Source: a virus
Taxonomy: Duplodnaviria > Caudoviricetes
Virus record (IMG/VR): IMGVR_UViG_3300037067_007848
Location: 57,009-121,008 of that record
Strand: one strand, 5' to 3'
DNA length: 64,000 nucleotides
The notes under the pieces were generated by a model. It was not told where the DNA came from. It was given only the letters and a program-made list of their open reading frames with translations, and searched no databases. This document shows, in pieces, positions 39,886 to 50,663 of the stretch; positions within the stretch are counted from its first letter, which is position 1; every line of letters starts with the position of its first letter. Made by a program: the position numbers and the translations under genes.

Positions 39886-39920
39886 TAAAAAGGGCCAACC
39901 CATTTAATAATGGGCTGGCC
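39886..39920 (-). terminator. terminator after the major capsid gene
   Basis: GGCCAGCCCAT-TATTAA-ATGGGTTGGCC followed by a T run. Confidence 0.75.
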
Positions 39921-39943
39921 GAATACTTTAATAAGTAATAGGT

Positions 39944-40960
39944 TTATATCGCCAAGAGAACGTTATTACGGTTATCTAGTGCGGCGAACCCTTGTTCCTG
40001 CCATCCGTACACGCCAGCACGTTGCTGACGATGTAGTTGTGGGTCAGGGAATGTTTCAAGTTGTATCTTAATAGGCATAACGAAAGAGGTGCTTTGGCTT
40101 AGATCAAGACCAACTAGCAATTCTACTTTATTAGCTGGCATGGTTACACCAAGTTGGTTTTGAGCATATAATTGATATTCTTGCCCTTCGCCCAATTCAT
40201 CAACAGTATGAAGGTTGACATTGAAAATACGATTAAGTTGGCCATCATCCGCCAGATAAATCTCTCGGCGAGTAACTTCGTCAACTTGGTCAACATTCCA
40301 ATTACGCATATCTTCCATCGCTTCAGGACTAGTATACAAATCGGTCAATTTCCGACGATTGATACTGGTGCTATTTCCACCACCATTACGCCGCATAACA
40401 GTTTTACCAAGAGAAACAAGACGTTTGGTAAATTGGCCAGGATTTGCATCACTATCTACAACTACAATATTACGATCTACGGCGGATGCGAGGATAGTAT
40501 GAAAACCATCGTCGTTCATCTTTTTGACAAAGCCCGCACGATAAACCTCCATGCAACGCCCAACGATATCCCAACGGGCATCACGGGCAAATTTTAGTGC
40601 CCAGTCAATAGCATTAGCAATTGCATAAGTTGGGACCATTACGAAATCAGCCTCAACAGTACGTTGTGGAATATAACCTTGTTTTGGAACTGACCAAGCA
40701 ATATAATCACTTTCGGTTCCAGGAGTTATGATATCAAGTGGGAATTCAACAGTAGAATTGGTTTCACCTACTTGAATTGGTTCAAAAATCCCATCAAGAA
40801 TATCACCGCTTAACACCGCCTGACGCAATGGAAGCATAAGAGCTTTCACAAACTGATCCATTGCAGGGGTGTGAATTGAATCATTCATCGACCCAGAAGC
40901 TCGGAGAATACTGTTTAGTTTCTCTAATTCTTCGGGTGTAAAATTAATTTTCTTAGCCAT
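39944..40960 (-). CDS. major capsid protein (HK97 fold)
   Basis: 338 aa, follows protease and decoration genes, GGAG RBS, followed by a terminator. C-terminal GVYGWQEQGFAALD. Confidence 0.88.
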   Translation of the reverse strand: MAKKINFTPEELEKLNSILRASGSMNDSIHTPAMDQFVKALMLPLRQAVLSGDILDGIFEPIQVGETNSTVEFPLDIITPGTESDYIAWSVPKQGYIPQRTVEADFVMVPTYAIANAIDWALKFARDARWDIVGRCMEVYRAGFVKKMNDDGFHTILASAVDRNIVVVDSDANPGQFTKRLVSLGKTVMRRNGGGNSTSINRRKLTDLYTSPEAMEDMRNWNVDQVDEVTRREIYLADDGQLNRIFNVNLHTVDELGEGQEYQLYAQNQLGVTMPANKVELLVGLDLSQSTSFVMPIKIQLETFPDPQLHRQQRAGVYGWQEQGFAALDNRNNVLLAI

Positions 40961-40980
40961 ATTTTTATTCTCCGTATTAG

Positions 40981-41511
40981 TTATATTAGATTGACATCAA
41001 CTTTTGCATAACCATCTGAGTCTTTTGAAGACAAGAAGGTTCCAACTGGCTTGCAATAAGGAACAGAAAATGGTTGCCCTGAAGCCGCACCAACAATCGC
41101 CAAAGGTGAAGTTGCACCAAGAGCCACACCCGAAATTTTACCATCAGTTCCAACTGAACTAATGAATGCGGCCTGTCCTCCAGCTGGAGTACCTTCAATC
41201 ATATTGGTTAATATTGTTCCCCGTCGCAAAACTTCGACTTTACCACCGACCTGGACTTCAAATTTATATTGATTAAGATGGGTTTTTGTTAAATCGCCCG
41301 AAACAACATCATTCAACAAAATGCCAAGTGGATATTCACCCGAACCGAAAGACGCCGTTGGTTTTGTTACAATGGCTGAGCCATCATCCATAGCCGCACC
41401 ACTACCAGCAGTGCTTAAAACCACGGCAATACCACGTTCGGCTGTCTGATTCATAAAAAAGCTAATGTCATCAGCAGCAGGACCTATGTTTCTGAAACCT
41501 TTTAGTGCCAT
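40981..41511 (-). CDS. capsid decoration / cement protein
   Basis: Between scaffold and MCP. PLGILLNDVV...GKVEVLRRG...GTFLSSKDSDGYAKV. Confidence 0.65.
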   Translation of the reverse strand: MALKGFRNIGPAADDISFFMNQTAERGIAVVLSTAGSGAAMDDGSAIVTKPTASFGSGEYPLGILLNDVVSGDLTKTHLNQYKFEVQVGGKVEVLRRGTILTNMIEGTPAGGQAAFISSVGTDGKISGVALGATSPLAIVGAASGQPFSVPYCKPVGTFLSSKDSDGYAKVDVNLI

Positions 41512-41544
41512 ATTTTTTCTCCTATTAAAATTTATACAAATATA

Positions 41545-42180
41545 TTATTTTTCGTCTTGGTTAATACCAAGTTGTTTACTAATAACCGACGCTAGAACTT
41601 TACAAATGTCTTCAACCTGTGGTTCGTCAACACTAGCAACGGACAAATCCACGTCTTTATCTTGTTTCACATCGTCTAAATTAGCAGCCTCGGCAGTTTT
41701 TTCGTTAGATTTGCATTCGTCCTCCATATCTTCTTTCTCTTCCTTTATCATTTCGCCCTTTTGAGCTTTATTTTTACATTTTACCACCTCAATTAAATCC
41801 TCGGCAATTGCATTAAATTGATCGTCACTAAGGGCAAAGTATAATTCTATTTTTTGTTCTGCAATCTCTTTAGAAACGCCACCATCAACTAATGTAGCCA
41901 ATCGAGAAGCCCGAATTTTCGTATCGCCTATTTCTTTTTCAAGTGCAACAATACGAGTTTCAAGGGTATTTTTTTCATTGGTTAAAGAGGAGGCATTGGT
42001 TTTTTCATTGTCTAACTGACTATTCGCCTCGGCCAAACTTCCATTTAATTGTGCAATAACCTGTTCTTTTTCAGCAAGTTTAGCCTCTAAATCTATTTTA
42101 TTGGTCATCGCAGTCTCAAGAGACGCCTTTACTTCATCTAATTGTTTTTGTAATTCTTCAATATTAATTGTTTCTGCCAT
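41545..42180 (-). CDS. nested in-frame scaffold protein
   Basis: Internal late motif AGTGTATATAATATT and AGGAG RBS ahead of ATG (MAETINIEEL). Coiled coil. Confidence 0.7.
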   Translation of the reverse strand: MAETINIEELQKQLDEVKASLETAMTNKIDLEAKLAEKEQVIAQLNGSLAEANSQLDNEKTNASSLTNEKNTLETRIVALEKEIGDTKIRASRLATLVDGGVSKEIAEQKIELYFALSDDQFNAIAEDLIEVVKCKNKAQKGEMIKEEKEDMEDECKSNEKTAEAANLDDVKQDKDVDLSVASVDEPQVEDICKVLASVISKQLGINQDEK

Positions 42181-43032
42181 ACTATTTTCTCCTGTAATAT
42201 TATATACACTATTATCTAAAGAAGAGGAAAAATTAAGATTTAATGTAGATTTTGTTTTATTAAAAATAATACTTTCAGGATTTGCAGGTTTATCAACATA
42301 CCCCTTTCCCGAAAATGTAATATTCTTCAAAACTCGTTTAATTGTTAAATCTTTATATTTCCCCGTCCCACCGTAAGCCCTTAAATGTTTTGTCATCCAG
42401 GCTGTTTTATCCCCACGAGGGATAATTTCTAACTCACCATTGGCACGTTCTACTGCATAGGCAAAATTGGTAAATAAACACTCCATTGATACATATTTTT
42501 CGCCACTTTCAATTTCTTGGATGAGTTTGGCGGTTCTATCTTTCAATTCTTCATTTTGCCACGCCTTATAAATCACCGCCCCATTTATTAAGTGGAAAAT
42601 AGGTGGTAGATCATCAACGGCCAAAGAATCGTCTAAAATATTCTCTTTATTTTCGTCAACTGCCCAACAGCTTGTAATATGCCCGACAATTTGATTTTCG
42701 TTATGTTCTATATTGGTGGGTTTGTGGGTTGGGGTATGCCGTGCTGCCCACGTTTCTTCGGGCAGAAAATAATCGTCATTTAAATTGGCGTTTGTGGTCA
42801 CAAACAAAGATTGGGTGGAATATAAATCGCGGTCTGTCAGTTCGGCTTTGGCAAATCCATTTTTAATAGCGATTCGGTTGTCTTTTTGCCATAAAAGATT
42901 GGCCTGTGTTATATCGGTCGTCGAATTTATCAATGGAAGAACTTGAGAGGCATATTGGACAACGAACCCCCGTGAAATTTGGTCGATTAGTCCATCCACC
43001 TCTTTTTCTGCGTTAAAATAAAAATTCGTCAT
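41545..43032 (-). CDS. prohead protease with C-terminal scaffold
   Basis: NLNDDYF...KPTNIEH...IVGHI...VSMEC...FSGKGYVDKPANPESII protease motifs, followed by a coiled coil. Confidence 0.8.
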   Translation of the reverse strand: MTNFYFNAEKEVDGLIDQISRGFVVQYASQVLPLINSTTDITQANLLWQKDNRIAIKNGFAKAELTDRDLYSTQSLFVTTNANLNDDYFLPEETWAARHTPTHKPTNIEHNENQIVGHITSCWAVDENKENILDDSLAVDDLPPIFHLINGAVIYKAWQNEELKDRTAKLIQEIESGEKYVSMECLFTNFAYAVERANGELEIIPRGDKTAWMTKHLRAYGGTGKYKDLTIKRVLKNITFSGKGYVDKPANPESIIFNKTKSTLNLNFSSSLDNSVYNITGENSMAETINIEELQKQLDEVKASLETAMTNKIDLEAKLAEKEQVIAQLNGSLAEANSQLDNEKTNASSLTNEKNTLETRIVALEKEIGDTKIRASRLATLVDGGVSKEIAEQKIELYFALSDDQFNAIAEDLIEVVKCKNKAQKGEMIKEEKEDMEDECKSNEKTAEAANLDDVKQDKDVDLSVASVDEPQVEDICKVLASVISKQLGINQDEK

Positions 43033-45191
43033 TATTTATTATTGATATTCCCTATATAAAATAACACCTGAACCTGTTTTTGTTCGTCAAAAGTTAAAGT
43101 GCGATTTAATTCAGATGTAATTGTAGATATAGTTTTTTGATATTGGTTATATAAATTATGGTTGTGGGATTTTCCTAAATTGGACAAAACCACCTCATTA
43201 CTTATTTTACTATATGGCTCTAAGTTAAATAATACACCAAATTTAATAATATCCAAATTTTTAACCTCTTGATTGGTTAATTGTCGCATATTTTTCTTTT
43301 GGGCAATATTATGGAGGAATAATGGGTTTAATATATCCGCGATTTTATTCTGTGCCTCAAACGCCCAAACCGCCGCACTTCCCTTAACACTTGGGCGAAA
43401 TTCCTTGGTTTTTCTTTTTGTACTGTCTTTGGAATTTTTTGGTCGCCCTTGTAGAGGCGTTTCGGATGTCTTTTTATCTGTCCCAGGATTTTGTTTTACC
43501 ACAGCTTTTTTGGTGGATTTCCCCTCAATTATCATATCAAACACTGGCGTATCATTGGTCATCCCCATCTGTTCGGGGGTAAGCAAACCCTGTTGGAGGG
43601 CAATTTTTTTAAGAGTATAACCAAATTGGGCGTCAAAATACGGGCCTGCTTTTTGCGGTCTCTTACCTTTATTCCTCTCTTTTTCCTCTCGTTTAATACG
43701 CATTTCTTCCATTTCGGGGTCATGCCCAAAACGCTCTTGCAATAATTCTTGACTAATTAAATTACGGTCAACTAGTTGAATTAACAATGCCCGAACTGCC
43801 TGTTCATCATCCAAAATATCAACATCAAATTCAATTTTAGCAGGAAATGCAAATCCCATGGCCTTTTGAACCTCGGCAATTTCGCTGGTCCAAAAATCTA
43901 ATAAAATAGAACGCCCATATTTAAGGCGTTGAATTAAAGTTTTTAGAGCCATAAAATTATTTGTTGTGCCACTTCCACCGCCACCTGTAAATACTGATGG
44001 AATGCCCAATCCCGTATAAATAGAGGCTAAGTGGGGTTTATATTTACCTTCACCCAGGAATTTATGAACTTCAGTTTTAGATTCAATTAATTCTAAATCT
44101 GGCCCCCAAATTAGATCAATTGTTCCCGCCCCTGTATTATTTTGTAGAATTGCCGATAGTTTAGAGGCGGCTGAGGCCGATGGCATTATTTTATGTTCTA
44201 AATTACCCAACTTAAAAATACGAAGGTTGGATATTGCCCCGTCTAAAGCCGCCATATCGGCCAATTTAAGACGTTCTAGCATAATGATATCATCTAAAAC
44301 GGCATATAATAAAGGATAGGCAAATAATTGCCAATCATCTTTTTTGTAGTGAAATACGCGAGTTTTATCAGGAGGTAAAGGATATGGTTTGGCGGTTTTG
44401 GCGGCATTTAATATGTCGGCAGGTATTTGAGCCACAATCATTTTGTCAAATGGGTCTCTTGGAGCCAAAATAATATTACGTAATTCACCAGGAATAGTAA
44501 TAGTATAAATTGGTTTGCCTACAAAACTGGCCAATGCACCACCAGCAATATCTATAGTCGTGGGGTCTAAAAATATATACTTAAATGGTATTTCAAATTC
44601 TTTGGTCTTTATTTCGGTGGGTTTAATATCGACGGCATTGGCACGTTGCATATCTTTTTTAAGATTGGCGGTAATTTTGGCATAAGATTTCCTAATAACG
44701 ACATTCCCCGAGCGAAATAAATTATTGCAAAATCTCTCAGATCGTTCCGCCCCATTAATTCGCCTAAACCAATTCCGATAAAATTTTTCAACACTTTTAT
44801 TACGATGTGATATTCTAACGCCCTGACAAGCAAAATCGCCCATTAAATCTATAATATTCCTTACTAAACCAACCTTAAAATAGGAGTGGTTGCAAGCCTG
44901 AATAATTCGTTTATAATCATGTGGATTTGGTGGGGCAAAACCTGGCCGAAATGCGTAATAATCTGCCTTTGTTAATCCTGGGCGACCCGACACATTTGTA
45001 TCTAAATTAGAAAAATCTTGGAAATTAAATACCGCATTTGATCGCATGGCACTAAATTCACCAACCGACTTATTTAAGGTTGCCATTGCACGGTTTTTAC
45101 TGCCCGGTGATTCATTCCAAGATACGTAAGAGTCAGTAAATATTCCTATTTTATCTTGTAATAAATCACTTTTAGACTTAACTTTTGCCAT
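43032..45191 (-). CDS. portal protein
   Basis: Between TerL and protease. LVRNIIDLMGDF...FRSGNV...IYTGLGIP...IEFD. Confidence 0.85.
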   Translation of the reverse strand: MAKVKSKSDLLQDKIGIFTDSYVSWNESPGSKNRAMATLNKSVGEFSAMRSNAVFNFQDFSNLDTNVSGRPGLTKADYYAFRPGFAPPNPHDYKRIIQACNHSYFKVGLVRNIIDLMGDFACQGVRISHRNKSVEKFYRNWFRRINGAERSERFCNNLFRSGNVVIRKSYAKITANLKKDMQRANAVDIKPTEIKTKEFEIPFKYIFLDPTTIDIAGGALASFVGKPIYTITIPGELRNIILAPRDPFDKMIVAQIPADILNAAKTAKPYPLPPDKTRVFHYKKDDWQLFAYPLLYAVLDDIIMLERLKLADMAALDGAISNLRIFKLGNLEHKIMPSASAASKLSAILQNNTGAGTIDLIWGPDLELIESKTEVHKFLGEGKYKPHLASIYTGLGIPSVFTGGGGSGTTNNFMALKTLIQRLKYGRSILLDFWTSEIAEVQKAMGFAFPAKIEFDVDILDDEQAVRALLIQLVDRNLISQELLQERFGHDPEMEEMRIKREEKERNKGKRPQKAGPYFDAQFGYTLKKIALQQGLLTPEQMGMTNDTPVFDMIIEGKSTKKAVVKQNPGTDKKTSETPLQGRPKNSKDSTKRKTKEFRPSVKGSAAVWAFEAQNKIADILNPLFLHNIAQKKNMRQLTNQEVKNLDIIKFGVLFNLEPYSKISNEVVLSNLGKSHNHNLYNQYQKTISTITSELNRTLTFDEQKQVQVLFYIGNINNK

Positions 45192-45240
45192 TTTTTACCT
45201 AATTCAATTAAAAAGATAATAATTCAATTACAGTTTCATT

Positions 45241-45255
45241 ATCTTTATATACACC
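45241..45255 (-). promoter_or_regulatory. late promoter motif
   Basis: GGTGTATATAAAGAT upstream of the portal gene. Confidence 0.55.
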
Positions 45256-45259
45256 AAAA

Positions 45260-48200
45260 TTATCGTCCATAGACTTGATCGTACCAAGAAGTTATCCATT
45301 CAGGACCAGAATACATAGGTGTGTCGTGAGTATTAACAACATCATTTACAATATTATGTGCAAACCCACCCATTGTCTGATATTCTATTGGAGGTAATGC
45401 CCTGCGGTATTGGCGGGCTATCATATTAGCCATTACAAGGGCGGAATATCTATCTTTGCGTAGTTTGCCCCGTTTACCATTTGGAAGTTTAACGGTAGGG
45501 GTATCCCAACGATCACGTCCCATATTTGTAGAGGTAAGAACAATTGTAGATAATTCTGTTTTTAACTCTTCTAATTCTATTACACAATCCTCTAGGGTAT
45601 CAAACATATTATGTTGTTCGGCACCATCTGATCTTGCCTTACTTTCCAATCCCTTCTTTATTATTTTTGCCTTTAACGAATCTTCCTCGGCAGCAAGCCC
45701 TAATGTTACCGAATCATATCTTGGAAATAATAATGCTTTATCTTCAAAGTCTTTTTTTAGACCGTTGTTGGCCATTGCGGTCCAATCACCATTGACGAAA
45801 TTGCACAAATGAAGAATGTGAAGGCCAGGCATATTGTCATAATTGTTGGGATGTTTATCGTCAATTACACGCCAAATTGGTAATTCACCCTCTTTTAATT
45901 TATCTTTATCGTGTAAGGCTTCTTCAACGGCAATGCCACCACCCTGAGAATCCATCGCTACATATTTACAATTAAAAACGCCCATCAATTCGCGTATTTT
46001 TCTTGCACAAAACCCATAATAATCATGTTCCTTGGCCAATCCTGCCGTTAATCTTTTTTGAAATTCTGGCCTATTTGTCGTCCAACAATATACTACCCTG
46101 TTATGATCGTCATTTAATTCAATAATTACAATGCTAAAATTATCGGGGGCGGCGGCAGGATCAATCCCCATGACATATTCTTTGAATGGATCGCCATGTA
46201 ATGCGGCATCAAACCATACATTACCAGATGGTAATTGAATTGGATGTTCAGGTGTCCCAACACAAGATTCTATAAGGGCACGCCTAAAGAAACCATCGCT
46301 ATCACGAGCAAAACAATTATGAACACTTGCATTAAGAGTAGAATAAGAATGATCTTCCTCCACCTCTAAATTATATACATAATCATCATATGGAATGCTA
46401 TCTTTTTTATCTAATTTATAAATAGAATAATTATTATCATTCTGAATATGTCTTTTATATACATCTTCTACAATAATATTGCCATTATAAAATATATTCA
46501 AAAATTTACAATAATTTCTCCCAAATAGATTAAGTTTATAGACAGTAGCTCTCCCATTAATTTTTCCATTAGATATACGCCCAACTAAATTACCTCTTTC
46601 GATTTTCGAGATACTAGATGATATACCAAAATATGATAAAACCAATTTTGTTTGAGTGATTAAATCTAAATTTGTTAATCCAAGTGTTGCAAGTCCCTTT
46701 CTAATATGTCCGTCTCCATTAAATATTCCAACAATAAAACCTTTCATTAGTTCAGAATTTGAGAACAATATATCATGAGATATTAATTTATTATAACAGA
46801 TTCCTGGACATATAGATTTAAACAATTCCGCAGCTATTCTGGAATTTAACGAGAGAACGCAAGTAGACCCATATTTATATATTTTAGGGGCTATACCAAA
46901 AGAATAGTGAATGGCATTGGATAATTCATCTATATATTTTGAAAATTTAACACCCACATGTGAATCTAATGCAAATCCAGTTGCCAATCCTTTAGACCTT
47001 ATACTGCCTTCCGAAGCGTAATAACCAAGGCAAAGTCCAAATTTATAATCTAATTTAATTATTTTATTAAGAGAAGATTTTGTACGTTTGAAATATTTAA
47101 TTGGTGCAATGCTTGTATATGGTATTCCAATTTCTCTTGAAATGGTTGCAGCGTTTTTACCAGAACATAATAATCTTAAAATATTTTGTACATTTTCATT
47201 AGATAATTTATTACTACTAGCCCTGGGATATATATATCCTTCACGACTAATATAGTTTGTGCAAAAATCTTCTAAATTAATCTCCATTTTTCCAGATAAT
47301 TCTTGCACATTGGCTAAATATGTCTTGTCTTCTATCTCGGAGATTGGTGTAAATTGCCCATTATGATAGAATGGATGTTCTGGAGTAAATAAATTATATT
47401 GATTATATCCAAAAGTTTTATATTTTATAATATTGCCATTATATTTGCGTTTTAAGGTTTCTAAAACTTTTCTAAATCGCCCTTTATGAGTAAATACATA
47501 TTCACCCACTATAATGTCTTTAATCTTTTTAACGCCAGATTTAGTAATAATTGGAGTATCTCCGTCCGCACATGCCGAAAACTCCATTTTGTAGATACCC
47601 GAATGCATCGTAGACTTCGCCCTAATGATTGTTTTCTCATCCATAAATCCGTCTGGAATTAATTCATAGGGTATACGGATAATAGAATAATCAGAAGAAT
47701 TAAACGATTTGGGTATTTCTTCCCCACTGAATAATTCTTTTAATTTTTCAATATCATTATTGGCCTCTATCATCTTTTTATATTTAATAAAATATTTATA
47801 AAAATTTCTAAAGGAATATCCTGCCGTCCCACTAATAACGGCCTGGTTACTCTTTTTTGACAAATATTGGTCAGCAAATTCCTCATTCCACAATCCAAGT
47901 TTTTCCATTTCACGTTTTTTGGCCAGTAACATAACATTGCCAACGGGATCTGACGAAACTGAGGCGAATCCTTGAATAACTGTTTCGTAAATATCAGGAT
48001 TGATTGAATCAAACTCATCACACAGTATATTAGTTGCTCTCATACCACGAATTTTTTGGCCATCCCCAATTGGTATACAACTACACACACTATTATTGAC
48101 GATAAAAATACATCGGTCTATACTAAATTTTGGCCCAGAAGTGGTAGAACAAATACTACGTAAAATGGGGGCATTATTCCAAATAGTACACATATAATCA

Positions 48201-49843
48201 TGTATAATTTTGGACTGCCTAAAACCAGCCCCACACACCACGAACTTAGTATTATTTACAAGAGCACATCTTAATAGGGCATAAACAGCCATAAGAAAAG
48301 AATTATGAGAAATAAATCCATTAGTAATATAAGAATGGTCTGGCTCATCAAAATATACATCATATAATGTTTGTTCGCCCAGATTTTCAATAGACGACAC
48401 TGTATCATAATAATAATTTGTATTTAATATTCCTACAATATCCTTGTACTCTTGCATACTACGACATTCTTCGGATTTAGAAAACACCTCCATAACTTTT
48501 ATAAGATAGTCATAAGTAAATTTTCCTTTACCCATTCTATATTTATTTGTTAATTGTCGATGTTGGTGTCCAGAAAACACATGTTTAGCATAAAAAAGTT
48601 TACAAATTGCCAACAATTTTTCCTTAATCAATTTAATTGGAATGTTCGTTTTAGTAGTTTTGATATGTTCCTTGCTACTATAAACTAAAGGTTCTTTTTT
48701 CGAGATATGAGACCCGCCAATATTTTTATTATAAATTTTAAGATTTTTATTAATTATTGCAATTTTATATGTATTGTTATTCAAACCCTTGCTAATTTGT
48801 GCAATAATTTTAAATTTCAATAATAAAATCTGAATAGTTCTTAATAATTCTAAAGATTTTGCTGATAATTTTAAATAGGCATAATTTTTAGTTTGTTGGA
48901 ATTGGCCATTACTATCAAAACATCCGCGTAAAAAGGCTGCAATAGTATCTTTCTTCGCCCCTAAAACACACTTTGGTACAATTCTGTCCTCTAACTTAAT
49001 GGGTCCAAAGTCATATTTTGTTTGTAATTCTAAAATCTTATCTTTATCAAACCATTGGAAATTAGAATAAATTATATGATGTTGAGGCTTCCCAAATATT
49101 CTCGATGCAATTCTTTTACATATTTGTGTTATTTTTGGCGATTTATGTTCAATTGCAAAATACGTCTCCTGTATGGCATTTGGAGATGCGGCTAAATAAC
49201 CTAAAAGATAAGCATCATCCGTTCTTAGATCATTGTGAAATTCCCCCCATTTATCATAATGATTTAGATCAATAATAATCCTATTTCCATTTTTAAGATT
49301 GGATAGTTTTTCCCAAATAAACTTTCCGTCACGAACAATTTTAATTGGGTGTTCATCCGACCCTATAATTTCATATCCCTGCACAGTGGTTAATTTATAG
49401 GTATTTTTTTTTGTCTTCCATCTATAACTAGGTTTATGAAAGCCATTTTCCCCTAGAATTTCATCGGTAAATGGTATTTTTGTATCGTATGGGTCGTCTT
49501 CGCTAAATAAATCATCTATTTTACAAATACCCCGAGATGTTTGGATGTAGCAATTTTTTACACATTTTCCAAACCCACGAGAGGCGATAAACATAGGAAA
49601 TGGGCGTTTCCACAATTCCTCTAAAATCACCGCTTGAATAGGAAGTAAGGTTGTATTCAATAAAACTTTTGCTGCGTAGTGCAAGTAACTCGGATTACTC
49701 ATTAGTCGCACTTCAGCCAGTCCAGGATTTTCTATTTCAAGAATTGACCGACCCGCTAGGGGGTTTGGCACGTCGATTTGATTAACATCGCCTAAATTTA
49801 ACCACGCCTTATCGAGCCAGTCAGGTATTTTTGTTCTTCCCAT
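45260..49843 (-). CDS. terL: terminase large subunit, two inteins (about 687 aa after splicing)
   Basis: Walker A ASRGFGK|S, Walker B ILCDEF, ISGT coupling motif, nuclease motifs MGIDPA, MDSQGGG and KDRYSA. Confidence 0.93.
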   Translation of the reverse strand: MGRTKIPDWLDKAWLNLGDVNQIDVPNPLAGRSILEIENPGLAEVRLMSNPSYLHYAAKVLLNTTLLPIQAVILEELWKRPFPMFIASRGFGKCVKNCYIQTSRGICKIDDLFSEDDPYDTKIPFTDEILGENGFHKPSYRWKTKKNTYKLTTVQGYEIIGSDEHPIKIVRDGKFIWEKLSNLKNGNRIIIDLNHYDKWGEFHNDLRTDDAYLLGYLAASPNAIQETYFAIEHKSPKITQICKRIASRIFGKPQHHIIYSNFQWFDKDKILELQTKYDFGPIKLEDRIVPKCVLGAKKDTIAAFLRGCFDSNGQFQQTKNYAYLKLSAKSLELLRTIQILLLKFKIIAQISKGLNNNTYKIAIINKNLKIYNKNIGGSHISKKEPLVYSSKEHIKTTKTNIPIKLIKEKLLAICKLFYAKHVFSGHQHRQLTNKYRMGKGKFTYDYLIKVMEVFSKSEECRSMQEYKDIVGILNTNYYYDTVSSIENLGEQTLYDVYFDEPDHSYITNGFISHNSFLMAVYALLRCALVNNTKFVVCGAGFRQSKIIHDYMCTIWNNAPILRSICSTTSGPKFSIDRCIFIVNNSVCSCIPIGDGQKIRGMRATNILCDEFDSINPDIYETVIQGFASVSSDPVGNVMLLAKKREMEKLGLWNEEFADQYLSKKSNQAVISGTAGYSFRNFYKYFIKYKKMIEANNDIEKLKELFSGEEIPKSFNSSDYSIIRIPYELIPDGFMDEKTIIRAKSTMHSGIYKMEFSACADGDTPIITKSGVKKIKDIIVGEYVFTHKGRFRKVLETLKRKYNGNIIKYKTFGYNQYNLFTPEHPFYHNGQFTPISEIEDKTYLANVQELSGKMEINLEDFCTNYISREGYIYPRASSNKLSNENVQNILRLLCSGKNAATISREIGIPYTSIAPIKYFKRTKSSLNKIIKLDYKFGLCLGYYASEGSIRSKGLATGFALDSHVGVKFSKYIDELSNAIHYSFGIAPKIYKYGSTCVLSLNSRIAAELFKSICPGICYNKLISHDILFSNSELMKGFIVGIFNGDGHIRKGLATLGLTNLDLITQTKLVLSYFGISSSISKIERGNLVGRISNGKINGRATVYKLNLFGRNYCKFLNIFYNGNIIVEDVYKRHIQNDNNYSIYKLDKKDSIPYDDYVYNLEVEEDHSYSTLNASVHNCFARDSDGFFRRALIESCVGTPEHPIQLPSGNVWFDAALHGDPFKEYVMGIDPAAAPDNFSIVIIELNDDHNRVVYCWTTNRPEFQKRLTAGLAKEHDYYGFCARKIRELMGVFNCKYVAMDSQGGGIAVEEALHDKDKLKEGELPIWRVIDDKHPNNYDNMPGLHILHLCNFVNGDWTAMANNGLKKDFEDKALLFPRYDSVTLGLAAEEDSLKAKIIKKGLESKARSDGAEQHNMFDTLEDCVIELEELKTELSTIVLTSTNMGRDRWDTPTVKLPNGKRGKLRKDRYSALVMANMIARQYRRALPPIEYQTMGGFAHNIVNDVVNTHDTPMYSGPEWITSWYDQVYGR
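46316..47572 (-). mobile_element. intein 2 in TerL (419 aa) with LAGLIDADG endonuclease
   Basis: C1 (CADGDT), TPEHPF block B, CLGYYASEG and IVGIFNGDG, ends VHN|C. Confidence 0.92.
48302..49564 (-). mobile_element. intein 1 in the TerL Walker A motif (421 aa), degenerate LAGLIDADG
   Basis: C1 (CVKN), SDEHPI block B, LLGYLAASP and LRGCFDSNG, ends SHN|S. Confidence 0.92.
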
Positions 49844-50297
49844 TTTCTCTTTCCCAAGTTTTTTTCATAATTGTGGCTGTAATATCCTCGGCGTATGAAT
49901 GATTTCCACACAATATAATATTGACGCCATATTGCATTGTTATTTCTATAAGTTTACTTCTTATAAATGGACCTTTAATTTTAACTTTTTTTCTTTGTTG
50001 GGGTGGAATATCACTATTTTCGGGGTAAACATCTATGTGGTAATAATCAAATTCGCACAATAAATAGCGATATTTATAATTGGTCATACGTTCTAATTCA
50101 CGGGTGAATCGAGATTTTGTTAGGCACATCGCTAATTCTGAAACGGTCATTTTCCTCTCAATACACAATAAATCTTCCATACCATCAATAGAATAATCAC
50201 CCGTATCTAATTTACGAACAATAATATCATCAATATATTCACATGAGGCAAAGGAATATGGTTTTTGTTCTCTGGAATCAATTATGACAGAAATCAT
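49821..50297 (-). CDS. ERCC4-domain nuclease
   Basis: IIDSREQKP...LDTGDYSI...IERK. Confidence 0.88.
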   Translation of the reverse strand: MISVIIDSREQKPYSFASCEYIDDIIVRKLDTGDYSIDGMEDLLCIERKMTVSELAMCLTKSRFTRELERMTNYKYRYLLCEFDYYHIDVYPENSDIPPQQRKKVKIKGPFIRSKLIEITMQYGVNIILCGNHSYAEDITATIMKKTWERENGKNKNT

Positions 50298-50309
50298 TTA
50301 TTAATTATT

Positions 50310-50663
50310 TTATTTCTTTAATTTATTTAGAATAATTCCTGTGAAAAATACAACATATTCATTTTCCAATCCTCTAATCATTTTATGATGTGTTCGACAT
50401 AGAGTAATTCCGTTTAAAGGATTATAGCGATTAGCAACATCATCCTTCCATTTTTGGATATGGTGTACCTCTAGTTTAGTTTTACACCTACATCCTGGCC
50501 AACAACATTTATGCCCATCGCGGGCCTTTACCCTTCTCCTAAATAATACATATCTTTGATCGCGGTAATTTCGTTTTCCTCTTTTGGCTACACTATATGA
50601 ATAAAAAATTGTTTTTTTTAATGGATTATTTGGGCGTTTTATTTTTTTAATTCTTTTTGCCAT
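50310..50663 (-). CDS. HNH endonuclease
   Basis: RDGHKC...C...LEVHHI...NGITLCRTHH. Confidence 0.88.
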   Translation of the reverse strand: MAKRIKKIKRPNNPLKKTIFYSYSVAKRGKRNYRDQRYVLFRRRVKARDGHKCCWPGCRCKTKLEVHHIQKWKDDVANRYNPLNGITLCRTHHKMIRGLENEYVVFFTGIILNKLKK

